From contig JBEKAC010000005.1 in assembly GCA_050018395.1 (NCBI GenBank), positions 4,794-68,793 of the forward strand: DNA of 64,000 bases. The letters are read 5' to 3'. Of this stretch, positions 25,818 through 35,054 are shown piece by piece (positions within the stretch are counted from its first letter, which is position 1; every line of letters begins with the position of its first letter). The stretch is from Dehalococcoidales bacterium (GTDB taxonomy: Bacteria > Chloroflexota > Dehalococcoidia > Dehalococcoidales > RBG-16-60-22). The notes under the pieces were generated by a model. The model did not search any database, had not been told where the DNA came from, and saw only the letters and a list, made by a program, of their open reading frames with translations. Made by a program: the position numbers and the translations under genes.

Positions 25818-27016
25818 AAGCAGTTATTTTAGCGGCGGGCGAGGGGCAGCGCATGCGCCCGCTGACGACCAACCGGCCCAAGGTCATGCTGCCGGTCGCC
25901 AGCCGGCCCATTCTGGAGCACCTCCTAATCGAGGTGAAAGCCGCGGGCATAGAGGAAATCGTCCTCGTGGTGGGCTATTGCGATAAGCAGGTACGTAGCT
26001 ACTTCGGGGATGGGGAGAGGTGGGGGGTAAAAATCAGCTATTCCGAACAGCGTAAACAGCTGGGCACGGCGGATGCCATCCGGATGGCCGCGGGCGTTAC
26101 CGATGGGAATTTCCTGGTCATTAACGGCGATATCGTGGTCAGCCGGGTGGACATCAAACACCTGATGAAAAGCGCCCATGATACGATGAGCGTCACCGAG
26201 GTTAAAGACCCGCGGGGACTGGGAATCGTAGAGCTTGCCGGCAACAAAGTGGTCAGTATCCACGAAAAATCCAAAAACCCGCCCACTTTGATGGCCAACG
26301 CCGGCCTGTATTTGTTTACACCGGAGATATTCGACGTGATTGCCAAAACGGAAAAATCCCCGCGCGGCGAGTATGAAATCACCGATTCGCTCCAGATACT
26401 TATCGGCCGCCCGAACGGCCTACACTTTGTGGAAATAAAGTCGTGGCTGGACTTGAGCTACCCGTGGGACCTGCTTAAAGCCAACGAGGCCATGATGGCC
26501 GATCTGCAAGCCGAAAATCTCGGCGAGGTAGAGCCGAACGTTACGCTTAAAGGCGCGGTGGTCATCGGCAGGAACACGGTGGTCAGGTCCGGCGCCTATA
26601 TCGTAGGGCCGGTAATCATCGGGGAGGGGTGTGAGATAGGCCCCAACTGCTTTATCCGCCCGTCCACCACCATCGGGGACAAATGCCACGTCGGGGCGGC
26701 CGTGGAGGTAAAAAACTCCATTATCATGAATGGCACCAAAGTGCCCCATTTGAACTACGTCGGCGATAGCGTCATCGGCCAGGGGTGCAACCTGGGGGCG
26801 GGCACGAAAATCGCCAATTTAAGGCTGGACAAACAGAACATCCACGTCGGCGGCATCGATACCAAACGTCGCAAGCTTGGGGCGATTATCGGGGATGACG
26901 TGGAGACCGGCATCAATGCCTCGATCAACGTGGGCAGCGTGATCGGCAACAACACGTTCATCGGGCCGGGGGCAAAGGCCAGCGGTATTATCGCGCCTAA
27001 CTCAAAGATATTATGA
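25814..27016 (+). CDS. bifunctional sugar-1-phosphate nucleotidylyltransferase / left-handed beta-helix acetyltransferase (archaeal-type GlmU-like), paralog 1
   Basis: 400 aa; MKAVILAAGEGQRMRPLT NTP-transferase start; hexapeptide repeats in the C-terminal half; TTG start overlaps the glmM stop. Confidence 0.75.
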   Translation: MKAVILAAGEGQRMRPLTTNRPKVMLPVASRPILEHLLIEVKAAGIEEIVLVVGYCDKQVRSYFGDGERWGVKISYSEQRKQLGTADAIRMAAGVTDGNFLVINGDIVVSRVDIKHLMKSAHDTMSVTEVKDPRGLGIVELAGNKVVSIHEKSKNPPTLMANAGLYLFTPEIFDVIAKTEKSPRGEYEITDSLQILIGRPNGLHFVEIKSWLDLSYPWDLLKANEAMMADLQAENLGEVEPNVTLKGAVVIGRNTVVRSGAYIVGPVIIGEGCEIGPNCFIRPSTTIGDKCHVGAAVEVKNSIIMNGTKVPHLNYVGDSVIGQGCNLGAGTKIANLRLDKQNIHVGGIDTKRRKLGAIIGDDVETGINASINVGSVIGNNTFIGPGAKASGIIAPNSKIL

Positions 27017-27026
27017 GGGGTGGACT

Positions 27027-28202
27027 ATGAAACAGGCAGTGATTCTGGCGGCGGGCGAAGGACAGCGGCTGCGCCCGTTTACCGTTACCAGACCCAAGGC
27101 GATGATTTCCATCGCCGATAAGCCGATACTACAATTTATCATCGATTCACTGGCGCGCAACGGCATCCGCGATATCATTTTCGTGGTGGGCTACCGTAAA
27201 GAGCAGGTCTATGACTACATGGGTTCGGGCGAGAAATTCGGCGTCAAGATTACCTATGTCACGCAGGAAACGCAGCTGGGCACCGCCCATGCTTTGTCTC
27301 ACGCTAAAGACCTGGTGGGCAAGGAGTTCCTGGTACTGCCGGGCGATAACCTGATCGAAGCCCCGACTCTGGCTGATTTTGTGGATACCCAGCCTCAAGC
27401 GATTCTGGTGAAAAGGGTAAAATCGCCGTCGACCTACGGCGTGGTGAATGCCGAGGGCGGCGAGGTAAAGCAAATTGTCGAAAAGCCCAAGGAAGCGGGC
27501 ACTAACCTGGTCAATACTGGTATTTATGCCTTCACCAAAGATGTGTTCAAGTATACGGAGGCGGTGCTGGATATACCGGATGCTTTGAACAATATGATCA
27601 AAGACGGCTATACTTTCAAAGCGCAGGAGACCGACGCCACCTGGCTCGATATCGCCTATCCCTGGGATATTATCAGCCTGAACAACGAAATCCTCAAGAA
27701 CCTGGAAAATAGATTAGGCGGCACCATCGAGGACGGCGCTTTCATCAAGGGCAAGGTGGTCATCGGGGAGGGTACCGTCATTAGGTCCGGTTCCATCATT
27801 TACGGACCGGCGGTCATCGGTAGCGGCTGCGAGATAGGTCCGCAGGCCTGCATTATGCCGTCCACCAGCATCGGCGATAATGTGGCAATATCCTCGTTTA
27901 CCCAGGTGCGGAACAGCGTCATCGGGGACGATGTGACCCTGGGGCCGGGGTGCATTATCAGCGACTCGATCATCGATAAGGGTACGGTGATCAAAGGGAG
28001 ATTTACGGCGCTCGGCGGGCCGAGCGAGGTTAAAATCAACGATATCAGCCCGTCCATTAACATCGGGGCGATCATGGGGGAGGGCTGTAAGGTGGAAAGC
28101 AACGTCACCGTGCAGCCGGGCGCCATCATTGGCAACGGCTGCCAGATACAGATTTCCCGGCTGTTAAGCGGCCGCTTTCCGGATAAAAGCTTGGTGTATT
28201 GA
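27027..28202 (+). CDS. bifunctional sugar-1-phosphate nucleotidylyltransferase / acetyltransferase (GlmU-like), paralog 2
   Basis: 391 aa; MKQAVILAAGEGQRLRPFT start and C-terminal hexapeptide repeats; same architecture as 25814-27016. Confidence 0.75.
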   Translation: MKQAVILAAGEGQRLRPFTVTRPKAMISIADKPILQFIIDSLARNGIRDIIFVVGYRKEQVYDYMGSGEKFGVKITYVTQETQLGTAHALSHAKDLVGKEFLVLPGDNLIEAPTLADFVDTQPQAILVKRVKSPSTYGVVNAEGGEVKQIVEKPKEAGTNLVNTGIYAFTKDVFKYTEAVLDIPDALNNMIKDGYTFKAQETDATWLDIAYPWDIISLNNEILKNLENRLGGTIEDGAFIKGKVVIGEGTVIRSGSIIYGPAVIGSGCEIGPQACIMPSTSIGDNVAISSFTQVRNSVIGDDVTLGPGCIISDSIIDKGTVIKGRFTALGGPSEVKINDISPSINIGAIMGEGCKVESNVTVQPGAIIGNGCQIQISRLLSGRFPDKSLVY

Positions 28203-28310
28203 GATGTCATTGCGAGCCATCCTTCGGTAGAAAGAGGCGTGGCAATCTCATTGATTTGCTTCTTCTCTTTCAAAGGAAGAAGTGTAAAGAGTAAGGAAAC
28301 AGGATAATCT

Positions 28311-30092
28311 ATGTGCGGCATCGTCGGATATATAGGAGATAAAAAGGCCCAGCCTGTGCTGCTTAACTGCTTGAGCAAGCTGGAATACCGCGGCTATGAT
28401 TCCTGCGGCATCGCCCTCGCCAACGGCAAAATCGAGGTCTATAAGGACGCCGTCCGCGTAAAGGTGCTCGCTAAAAACCTGGCGGAGCACGATGGCGTGG
28501 TGGGCATCGGGCATACGCGCTGGGCCACCCACGGCGAACCGTCCCAGAAAAACGCCCATCCCCATTGCGATTGTACCGGCCGGATAGCCGTGGTACATAA
28601 CGGGACCATCAATAATTTCCTGCAATTAAGGCAGCAGCTGACCGCGGAAGGGCACAACATCGTCTCGGATACCGATACCGAGGTCATTCCTCACCTGATA
28701 GAAAAGTATTATGACGGCGACTTTGAAAAGGCCGTGGACATGGCTCTGCAGGACCTCGAAGGGGCTTACACCATGATCGCGCTGATGGCCGGCGAACCCA
28801 AACTTATCGCCGCCCGCAAAGACAGCCCGCTGATCATCGGCGTCGGCGACCGCGAAAACCTGCTCGCCTCCGATGTGCCGGCCTTGCTGGACTATACCAG
28901 CCGCGTGATTTACCTGGAAGACGGGGATGTAGCCGTGATTACCGCTGGGAACGTGAGCATCAAGCGGGACGGCTGCGCCATCACGCCGGAAGTACACAAG
29001 ATAACCTGGAGCATGGAGGACGCCCAGAAGGGCGGCTACGAGCACTTCATGCTTAAAGAGATCCACGAGCAGCCCAAGGTCATCCGGGATACGCTGGCGG
29101 AATACATCTCTACAGCGGCGCCTGTGGCGGACCTCGTCGGCGGTGAGGAGGGCACCGAAGAGCTACTAATCATGGCCTGCGGCACCTCTTACCACGCCGG
29201 CCTGATAGGCAAAAACATCATCGAAAATCTCGTAAATATCCCGGTGCGGGTGGAAATCGCTGATGAATTTTGTTACACCGGACAGGCATCGCCGATGAAC
29301 CGGGCGATCGTCATCACCCAGTCCGGCGAGACCAGCGATGTCCTGAAAGCGGTCAAAAAACTCAAGGAAAAAGGCGCTTACACCATCGCTATTACAAACG
29401 TGGTGGGCAGCACCATCAGCCGGGTCGCCGATAAAACGATATACACCCGGGCGGGGCCGGAGATAAGCGTGGCGGCCACCAAGACATTCATCGCCCAGCT
29501 CATTGCGCTGTACTGGCTGGCGCTGCCGTACTCGAGGGTGGAGACAGGCAAACTGGACGCCCTGGTGCTGGAGCTAAGGCAGTTGCCGGCAAAAGTGCAG
29601 CAGGTGCTGGATAACGAGGCCAAAATTGCGGCGGTAGCCAAAAAGCTGGCCGCTTATAATAGCGTGTTCTTTATCGGGAAGGGGTTCAATTACCCCGTTG
29701 CCCTGGAGGGCGCCCTCAAGCTCAAGGAAATTTCCTACATCCACGCGGAAGGCTACGCCGCCGGGGAGTTGAAGCATGGACCCTTCGCGCTGCTCGGCAA
29801 CGAAGCGCCGGTGGTCGCGGTGGTAGCCGAAGACAATACTTATGATCCGATCGTCACCAGCATCAAAGAAATCAAAGCCAGGCGTTCTCCGGTTATCGCC
29901 GTCGTCAGCGAGGAGGACGAGACCATGCCCGGTCTGGCGGACATGGTGATCACCCGGCCTAAAATCGAGCCGCTGTTTTCGCCGGTGATAAACTCGGTTA
30001 TTTTACAGTTGCTGGCTTACTTCGTGGCGAAGGAGCGGGGTTGTCCGATCGACTTCCCGCGAAACCTGGCCAAAAGCGTTACCGTGGAATAG
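28311..30092 (+). CDS. glmS: glutamine--fructose-6-phosphate aminotransferase
   Basis: 593 aa; MCGIVGYIG Ntn start, two SIS domains, C-terminal ...NLAKSVTVE. Confidence 0.95.
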   Translation: MCGIVGYIGDKKAQPVLLNCLSKLEYRGYDSCGIALANGKIEVYKDAVRVKVLAKNLAEHDGVVGIGHTRWATHGEPSQKNAHPHCDCTGRIAVVHNGTINNFLQLRQQLTAEGHNIVSDTDTEVIPHLIEKYYDGDFEKAVDMALQDLEGAYTMIALMAGEPKLIAARKDSPLIIGVGDRENLLASDVPALLDYTSRVIYLEDGDVAVITAGNVSIKRDGCAITPEVHKITWSMEDAQKGGYEHFMLKEIHEQPKVIRDTLAEYISTAAPVADLVGGEEGTEELLIMACGTSYHAGLIGKNIIENLVNIPVRVEIADEFCYTGQASPMNRAIVITQSGETSDVLKAVKKLKEKGAYTIAITNVVGSTISRVADKTIYTRAGPEISVAATKTFIAQLIALYWLALPYSRVETGKLDALVLELRQLPAKVQQVLDNEAKIAAVAKKLAAYNSVFFIGKGFNYPVALEGALKLKEISYIHAEGYAAGELKHGPFALLGNEAPVVAVVAEDNTYDPIVTSIKEIKARRSPVIAVVSEEDETMPGLADMVITRPKIEPLFSPVINSVILQLLAYFVAKERGCPIDFPRNLAKSVTVE

Positions 30093-30170
30093 GATTCCGA
30101 TGCCGTTACCCCTAAAATATTTTCTTTTCCTGCCATGGCACTTTTCCCGATGTGGTAAAATCTAAATGGT

Positions 30171-30620
30171 ATGAATATTAAAACGGTAGCGAACAACCGC
30201 AAGGTTTTCCACAATTATTACGTGGGAGAGACGTTCGAGGCCGGCATCGCCCTGCTTGGTTCGGAAATAAAGTCTATCCGGGACGTGCGGGTGAGCCTTA
30301 GTGATGCTTACGTCAAACCGGAAAAGGGTGAGATGTGGCTGGTGAATGCGCATATCGCCCGGTACGCGGCGTCCAGCTATATGGGACATGATCCCACACG
30401 GCCGCGTAAGCTGCTGCTGCACCGGAAAGAAATTTTGAACCTCACCGGCAAGGTGGCGGAAAAGGGGTTGACGCTGGTAGCTACTAAAGTGTATCTCAAG
30501 GGAGGCCGGGCCAAAGTGGAAATAGCGCTGGCCAGGGGCAAAAAGCTCTATGATAAGCGTGAGGCCATCAGCCGCCGCGAGACGGACAGGGAGATGGAAC
30601 GGGCGATTAAAAGCCGCTAG
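30171..30620 (+). CDS. smpB: SsrA-binding protein
   Basis: 149 aa; NRKVFHNYYV...GSEIKSIR...LLLHRKEI...KLYDKRE pattern. Confidence 0.95.
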   Translation: MNIKTVANNRKVFHNYYVGETFEAGIALLGSEIKSIRDVRVSLSDAYVKPEKGEMWLVNAHIARYAASSYMGHDPTRPRKLLLHRKEILNLTGKVAEKGLTLVATKVYLKGGRAKVEIALARGKKLYDKREAISRRETDREMERAIKSR

Positions 30621-30639
30621 CACTTTATTAATCAAATAT

Positions 30640-30989
30640 GGGGACGCGTGGTTTCGACAGGGGAAGTGCGCTATAGGAACGCAAGCAGAGGTGCCGCTCC
30701 CTCTTTAAACCGGTGGCAAAAAACAACTGCCGAACCAGTAATGGTTGCAGCCTAATTAACTAGGTTGCCATCCAACCTGACCTCACCCCGACGGGTCAGG
30801 ATTGGGTGCCGCAAAGTGGGGGTGCCGCTGCCCTGATGCCGGTATGGGCAGTGAAAGATTATCGGCTGGCCCGGCCCAACTCGGTCGGTTGAGGTGGGCG
30901 GGGCGAGACAAAAAGAGCCGACTAAGCTTGTAGTAAGTCCTGGACAGCTTCTTCTGGACGGGGAGTTCGACTCTCCCCCGTCTCCACCA
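30640..30989 (+). ncRNA. ssrA: tmRNA (ssrA), one-piece
   Basis: 5' ggggacgcgtggtttcgacagggg and 3' ggacggggagttcgactctcccccgtctccacca tRNA-like ends; candidate tag frame at 30729-30755 (GCC GAA CCA GTA ATG GTT GCA GCC TAA = AEPVMVAA). Confidence 0.9.
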
Positions 30990-31001
30990 GAAACACAGAT
31001 G

Positions 31002-31031
31002 AGCCTCCGGCGTAGAACCGGGGGCTTTTTC
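31002..31031 (+). terminator. terminator after ssrA
   Basis: agcctccgg...ccgggggct stem followed by ttttt. Confidence 0.6.
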
Positions 31032-31230
31032 ATAAAATCAGAACGTAAATTTCAGGCGCCTCATAAATGGGCTTCTGCCAGCTTTGGTTAAGGGTCACAA
31101 CCTCAATTTCCTTTGTGATAATTCTGTGAGTCTTTAACCAACCCTCGTGATAGTCCTGTGACAATGCCTCCGTAGGATATTTATGTGTCAAAAAATCCTC
31201 AAATGCAACGAAAGCTTCACCATATAACAA
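31030..31230 (-). CDS. doubtful small ORF in the AT-rich spacer after ssrA
   Basis: 66-aa ORF with no recognisable family and no clear RBS. Confidence 0.15.
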   Translation of the reverse strand: MLYGEAFVAFEDFLTHKYPTEALSQDYHEGWLKTHRIITKEIEVVTLNQSWQKPIYEAPEIYVLIL

Positions 31231-31361
31231 TTATCCCAAATGGATATTTTGGTAAGCTTTCGGAGTGAATTTGGACCTCGCAGTGCTAAGAAAAGGAGCC
31301 TACGTGACAGGACACTGCCATCTTCTTTACTTACTTATTGGCGCGTAGCGTTTTCAGACCT

Positions 31362-31583
31362 ATGCATAAACGTATCAAAATAAAAGATGTTGCCGAGTAT
31401 TGTATGGTGAGCAGGACTACTGTACGCAGATGGATTGACGGCGGGAAATTGCAGGCGCTCAGGCTGCCCAGTGGTCATTATCGAATCAGACAAGTGGATT
31501 ACAGGCATTTTCTTGAGAACTGTGGGATTCCTCTTAAGGAAAGCGCCTTTGCGTCCAAATATGAAAGAAAGGAGAAAAACTAA
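31362..31583 (+). CDS. excisionase/MerR-type helix-turn-helix DNA-binding protein at the head of the gvp cluster
   Basis: [38 protein letters not shown] is the excisionase-family HTH pattern; stop is 2 nt before the gvpA ATG. Confidence 0.65.
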   Translation: MHKRIKIKDVAEYCMVSRTTVRRWIDGGKLQALRLPSGHYRIRQVDYRHFLENCGIPLKESAFASKYERKEKN

Positions 31584-31585
31584 AA

Positions 31586-31792
31586 ATGGCAGTACAGACT
31601 TCGATGGCGTCATCGGGACTGGCTGAGGTCCTGGACCGGATACTGGACAAGGGCCTCGTACTCGATGCCTGGGTCAGGGTTTCCCTGCTTGGCCTGGAAA
31701 TCCTTACTATTGAAGCCAGGGTTGTCCTGGCTGGCGTCGAGACCTACCTGAAGTATGCTGAAGCTATTGGCCTTACGGCTACAGCCGCCTAA
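31586..31792 (+). CDS. gvpA: gas vesicle major structural protein
   Basis: 68 aa; [54 protein letters not shown] is canonical GvpA. Confidence 0.95.
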   Translation: MAVQTSMASSGLAEVLDRILDKGLVLDAWVRVSLLGLEILTIEARVVLAGVETYLKYAEAIGLTATAA

Positions 31793-31880
31793 AAATTTGG
31801 GAGCGATTTTGCCAAGGTACCCTTGGCTAACGAAGTGCACCTTGCCAACGTCTCTCCCCTGGCTTAATGAGGATAAAAAT

Positions 31881-32552
31881 ATGGAACCAGTTTTAAACCT
31901 TATCACCTCTTATGAAAACAGAATTGCCACGGTGGAAGAATTGATGACAACGGCTTACCAGGCCACGATGACTTCCGATGGTAGCTTCGATGTTCTCGAT
32001 GGGGAGAGAGAAAGACTGAAAATCGGTCTGCAGAAAACATTGACAAAAAACTGCTCTTTACGCAGAAAGGACTTTACCCGGCTTATGGAAAGAGTACTTT
32101 CTGATTCAGATAAGAAAAAGATCGCCATCCAGGAAGAGCAAATTCGGGTTAGAGAAAAAGTCAGAGAATACCTGGATGAACAAAAACAGCTCTCGAAATA
32201 CCTGCGGCAGAAGTTAGTCGAATTAGCACAAGAAAAGGCGGATAAAAGTAGTCTCGACACAGTTATCACTAACATCAGGGACATGTATGAGAATAAGGGC
32301 CAGCAGCTCTTTGTAATATTTCGTGAATTCCAACAGCGTTTAAAAATCTTTCAGAGGGAGCAAGAGGAAATCAATTTCAAACTGCAGAGACTTGTGGATA
32401 GAGGCGAATCCTTGAGTCTGGAAGACCTGAGGCAGCTGGAAACAACTGAAGCTCTCCAGAAGAGAACGACAGAACGAGAGTTGCGGCGTGGAGAAGTGGA
32501 AAGGTTACTGTCTCATTTTAAGCAGCAACGGCAGGAAAGCCGCCGCCATTAG
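31881..32552 (+). CDS. coiled-coil hypothetical protein (gvp cluster, no known family)
   Basis: 223 aa from ATG 31881 (gagga RBS); charged heptad-rich sequence. Confidence 0.5.
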   Translation: MEPVLNLITSYENRIATVEELMTTAYQATMTSDGSFDVLDGERERLKIGLQKTLTKNCSLRRKDFTRLMERVLSDSDKKKIAIQEEQIRVREKVREYLDEQKQLSKYLRQKLVELAQEKADKSSLDTVITNIRDMYENKGQQLFVIFREFQQRLKIFQREQEEINFKLQRLVDRGESLSLEDLRQLETTEALQKRTTERELRRGEVERLLSHFKQQRQESRRH

Positions 32553-32588
32553 CGGTAAAAATATTACATTTTAGGCAGGAGGACAAAG

Positions 32589-33530
32589 ATGGGGATTGCT
32601 TACGAGATGAAAAAACTTACCCGTGACATTGCTTCTTCCCATAAAGATCGGACGAAAAATATCCATCAAATAGGAGAAGAGGTAAAACGGACCAGGGTTC
32701 ATGCCCGGAATCTGGTCCATGGCTTTAAGAGCTCTCGACAGGAGACCAGCCGGCAGCTGATAAGAGATTTAGCCCGGGATAAAACAGGTAGAACGTCTGA
32801 AGTCAAAGCTATTTTAAAGGATTCTCAAGTTTTCCTGAAAGACTTTAAAGACTCTCAGAAAATTACTAATGCCCGTTTGAGAAAAGATTTATCTGCGGGT
32901 ACGGCCAAAAGACTGTCTGAAGTGCAAATGACCTTGGAAGACGTCCACAAACTAATAAGAAGATTCCACTCATCTCTTCAGGAAGTGAGTTATCAATTAA
33001 AGAAAGACCTGGGTGAGAACCGGGCAGAAGTCAAGTCCGAGGTAGAAAAACTGATTGGGGATGCCCAAAATCTGGTAACAGATTTCCACACCGCCCGTAA
33101 ACAGGCGGGTGGACAACTGAGGGAAGGCATGGCTCAGGACAGAGCTCATTTGGGGTCAGAGGTAAAACAGATGAGAAGTGACTTCCGTGAAGCTTGTGGA
33201 AGTTTGAGAGCCGATCTTAAAGAAGTAAGAGATGCATGGCAGGGTTTAGCGGCCATGATACAAACCAGGATGGGCGTGACGGCACGTCCCCCGGCGGCAA
33301 TCCTCCCGGAGGCGAAGGCGCCTGCAGCCAAACAGGGAAACTCAGACCTGGAGACAAAGTTGCTGGCGACCGTCAACGGGTACCCTGCAGGAGGAATATC
33401 CCTGGCTGATTTATCCGGTATCCTCAGGGTAGCTCCTGTCGTATTGGGACGGGCTTCAAAGGGGCTCATTAATAAGCGAACAATCCGTAAAAAGGGAAAA
33501 CTCTACTTTCCGGTTTCCAGCGGAAACTAG
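32589..33530 (+). CDS. 40-aa tandem-repeat protein with a C-terminal winged-helix-like domain; candidate GvpC-type shell-binding protein
   Basis: 313 aa; four clear repeats plus one degenerate 40-residue repeat (aa 28-227); C-terminal LLATVNGYPAGGISLADLSGILRVAPVVLGRASKGLINKRTIRKKGKLYFP. Confidence 0.55.
   Translation: MGIAYEMKKLTRDIASSHKDRTKNIHQIGEEVKRTRVHARNLVHGFKSSRQETSRQLIRDLARDKTGRTSEVKAILKDSQVFLKDFKDSQKITNARLRKDLSAGTAKRLSEVQMTLEDVHKLIRRFHSSLQEVSYQLKKDLGENRAEVKSEVEKLIGDAQNLVTDFHTARKQAGGQLREGMAQDRAHLGSEVKQMRSDFREACGSLRADLKEVRDAWQGLAAMIQTRMGVTARPPAAILPEAKAPAAKQGNSDLETKLLATVNGYPAGGISLADLSGILRVAPVVLGRASKGLINKRTIRKKGKLYFPVSSGN
32670..33269 (+). repeat. 5 x 120-nt (40-aa) in-frame tandem repeats inside the 32589-33530 CDS
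   Basis: Units: IGEEVKRTRVHARNLVHGFKSSRQETSRQLIRDLARDKTG / RTSEVKAILKDSQVFLKDFKDSQKITNARLRKDLSAGTAK / RLSEVQMTLEDVHKLIRRFHSSLQEVSYQLKKDLGENRAE / VKSEVEKLIGDAQNLVTDFHTARKQAGGQLREGMAQDRAH / LGSEVKQMRSDFREACGSLRADLKEVRDAWQGLAAMIQTR. Confidence 0.7.
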
Positions 33531-33598
33531 GCGGCCCAGGGATTAAATAGCGGCCTCTGCGGCAGGCGAGGAGGCTATTAAAAACAGCGAGGGATATT

Positions 33599-34036
33599 AT
33601 GCCGAGCGAAGCTCTGAGAAACATCAGAACGATGCGTCAGATTAAGTCCAGTCTTGAACTGGTTAAAAACCGGAGAGTCAGGACCACTAACTCGCTGTCT
33701 AAAACGGACGGCGAAATATCGCACCTGAAATCTTTGACTGACGGGCAGGTGGAACAGGTTCTGGCCAAAGAGAGAAAACGCTTTGCGGCCCGCGAGGCAG
33801 CGGTTGATAAATCACGGCAGCGGTTGCTTAAGGCAAGGGATAAACTGGCGGCGACCATCAATAAGAACCGAGCACTGACCGAATTGAGACATCAGCTGCA
33901 GCAGGTGCCTATAGAAAGAAAGAGCCTCGTACCGGAAAAGGCGTTGGTGCCAGCTCAAAAACCGAAACCTCCGACTCGTAAGAAAATAGTGCGAACTCGA
34001 AAACCGAAACTACGCCAGGTAAAGCTTAAATATTAA
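33599..34036 (+). CDS. coiled-coil protein with a Lys/Arg/Pro-rich tail (gvp cluster, no known family)
   Basis: 145 aa; C-terminal KPKPPTRKKIVRTRKPKLRQVKLKY. Confidence 0.45.
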   Translation: MPSEALRNIRTMRQIKSSLELVKNRRVRTTNSLSKTDGEISHLKSLTDGQVEQVLAKERKRFAAREAAVDKSRQRLLKARDKLAATINKNRALTELRHQLQQVPIERKSLVPEKALVPAQKPKPPTRKKIVRTRKPKLRQVKLKY

Positions 34037-34112
34037 ACCGCAGTATATACTCGTTGATTATTGAACGAAACGTTGCAGGCGAGTGACGCCAGCTAATTAA
34101 GAAGGCAGATAG

Positions 34113-35054
34113 ATGACTACGATGCAGGGAGAACCCGCCACGGTGCTCAGCACTCAACCGAGCATTGATTTTGTGGAAACGCCCTATATCACGAATCTTA
34201 CCAACCGGGCGCTCGATTACATCAGAGCGGGTTTCCCCATCCATCTCAGTGGACCGGCGGGGGTCGGTAAAACGACTCTGGCCATGCACATCGCCGCCCG
34301 GCTGGAGCGTCCTGTAGTGCTGGTCTGCGGCGACCATGAATTCGGCAGCTCCGACCTGATTGGCGGGCTTTCCGGCTATCATAAGAAATTTTTAAGGGAT
34401 AACTATATCCACTCGGTGCTCAGGACTGACGAGAGTATGACCTCGCAATGGGTGGACAGCCGGCTCACCACTGCCTGTCAATACGGGCTCACTCTCATCT
34501 ACGACGAGTTTACCCGCTCACGGCCGGAAGCCAATAACGTGCTGCTTTCCGTATTGGAAGAAAAGCTCCTGCCACTGCCTACCACCCGGGGCGGCGAGAA
34601 TTATTTAAAAGTGCATCCCGATTTTACCGCTATCTTCACATCTAATCCCGAGGAATACGCCGGGGTTTTTAAAAGTCCGGACGCGCTACGCGATAGGATG
34701 GTGACCATCGAACTGGGCAACTTCGACGAAGAAACGGAAATCGCAATTACTCGGTCCAAGGCCAAACTTTCTGCGGAGCAGGCACAATTTGTCGTCAGCC
34801 TGGTGAGGAAGGTAAGGGAGGCTAAGTCTGATAACCGGCTTATCCCCACCGTCCGGGGCTGTATTATCATCGGCAAGATACTAAACCAAAAAGGCGGGGC
34901 CACTAATAACGGCTTTAAACAAATTTGTCTTGATGTTTTAATGCCCGAAGTTTCCATAAAAGACAGGGAAAAGGTCAGTCAGGTAATAGATGAAGCTCTG
35001 CCTGGCTCTCCCCGGATGGAGGTAAATTATGCCCAAAAAAGAAAAAAACGGTAA
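34113..35054 (+). CDS. gvpN: gas vesicle AAA+ ATPase
   Basis: 313 aa; LSGPAGVGKTTLAMHIA Walker A, LIYDEFTRS Walker B; MoxR/GvpN-like. Confidence 0.85.
   Translation: MTTMQGEPATVLSTQPSIDFVETPYITNLTNRALDYIRAGFPIHLSGPAGVGKTTLAMHIAARLERPVVLVCGDHEFGSSDLIGGLSGYHKKFLRDNYIHSVLRTDESMTSQWVDSRLTTACQYGLTLIYDEFTRSRPEANNVLLSVLEEKLLPLPTTRGGENYLKVHPDFTAIFTSNPEEYAGVFKSPDALRDRMVTIELGNFDEETEIAITRSKAKLSAEQAQFVVSLVRKVREAKSDNRLIPTVRGCIIIGKILNQKGGATNNGFKQICLDVLMPEVSIKDREKVSQVIDEALPGSPRMEVNYAQKRKKR

Noticed and set aside
28203-28310. glmS ribozyme upstream of glmS
   Set aside because: The leader is only about 108 nt. It holds a repeat-type hairpin and a cttcttc/gaagaag stem, with no glmS ribozyme core sequences.
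30990-31361. Integrase, att repeat or other mobility signature at the ssrA-gvp junction
   Set aside because: There is no integrase or recombinase ORF, and I found no copy of the ssrA 3' end near 43.2 kb. The island idea rests only on position and patchy composition.
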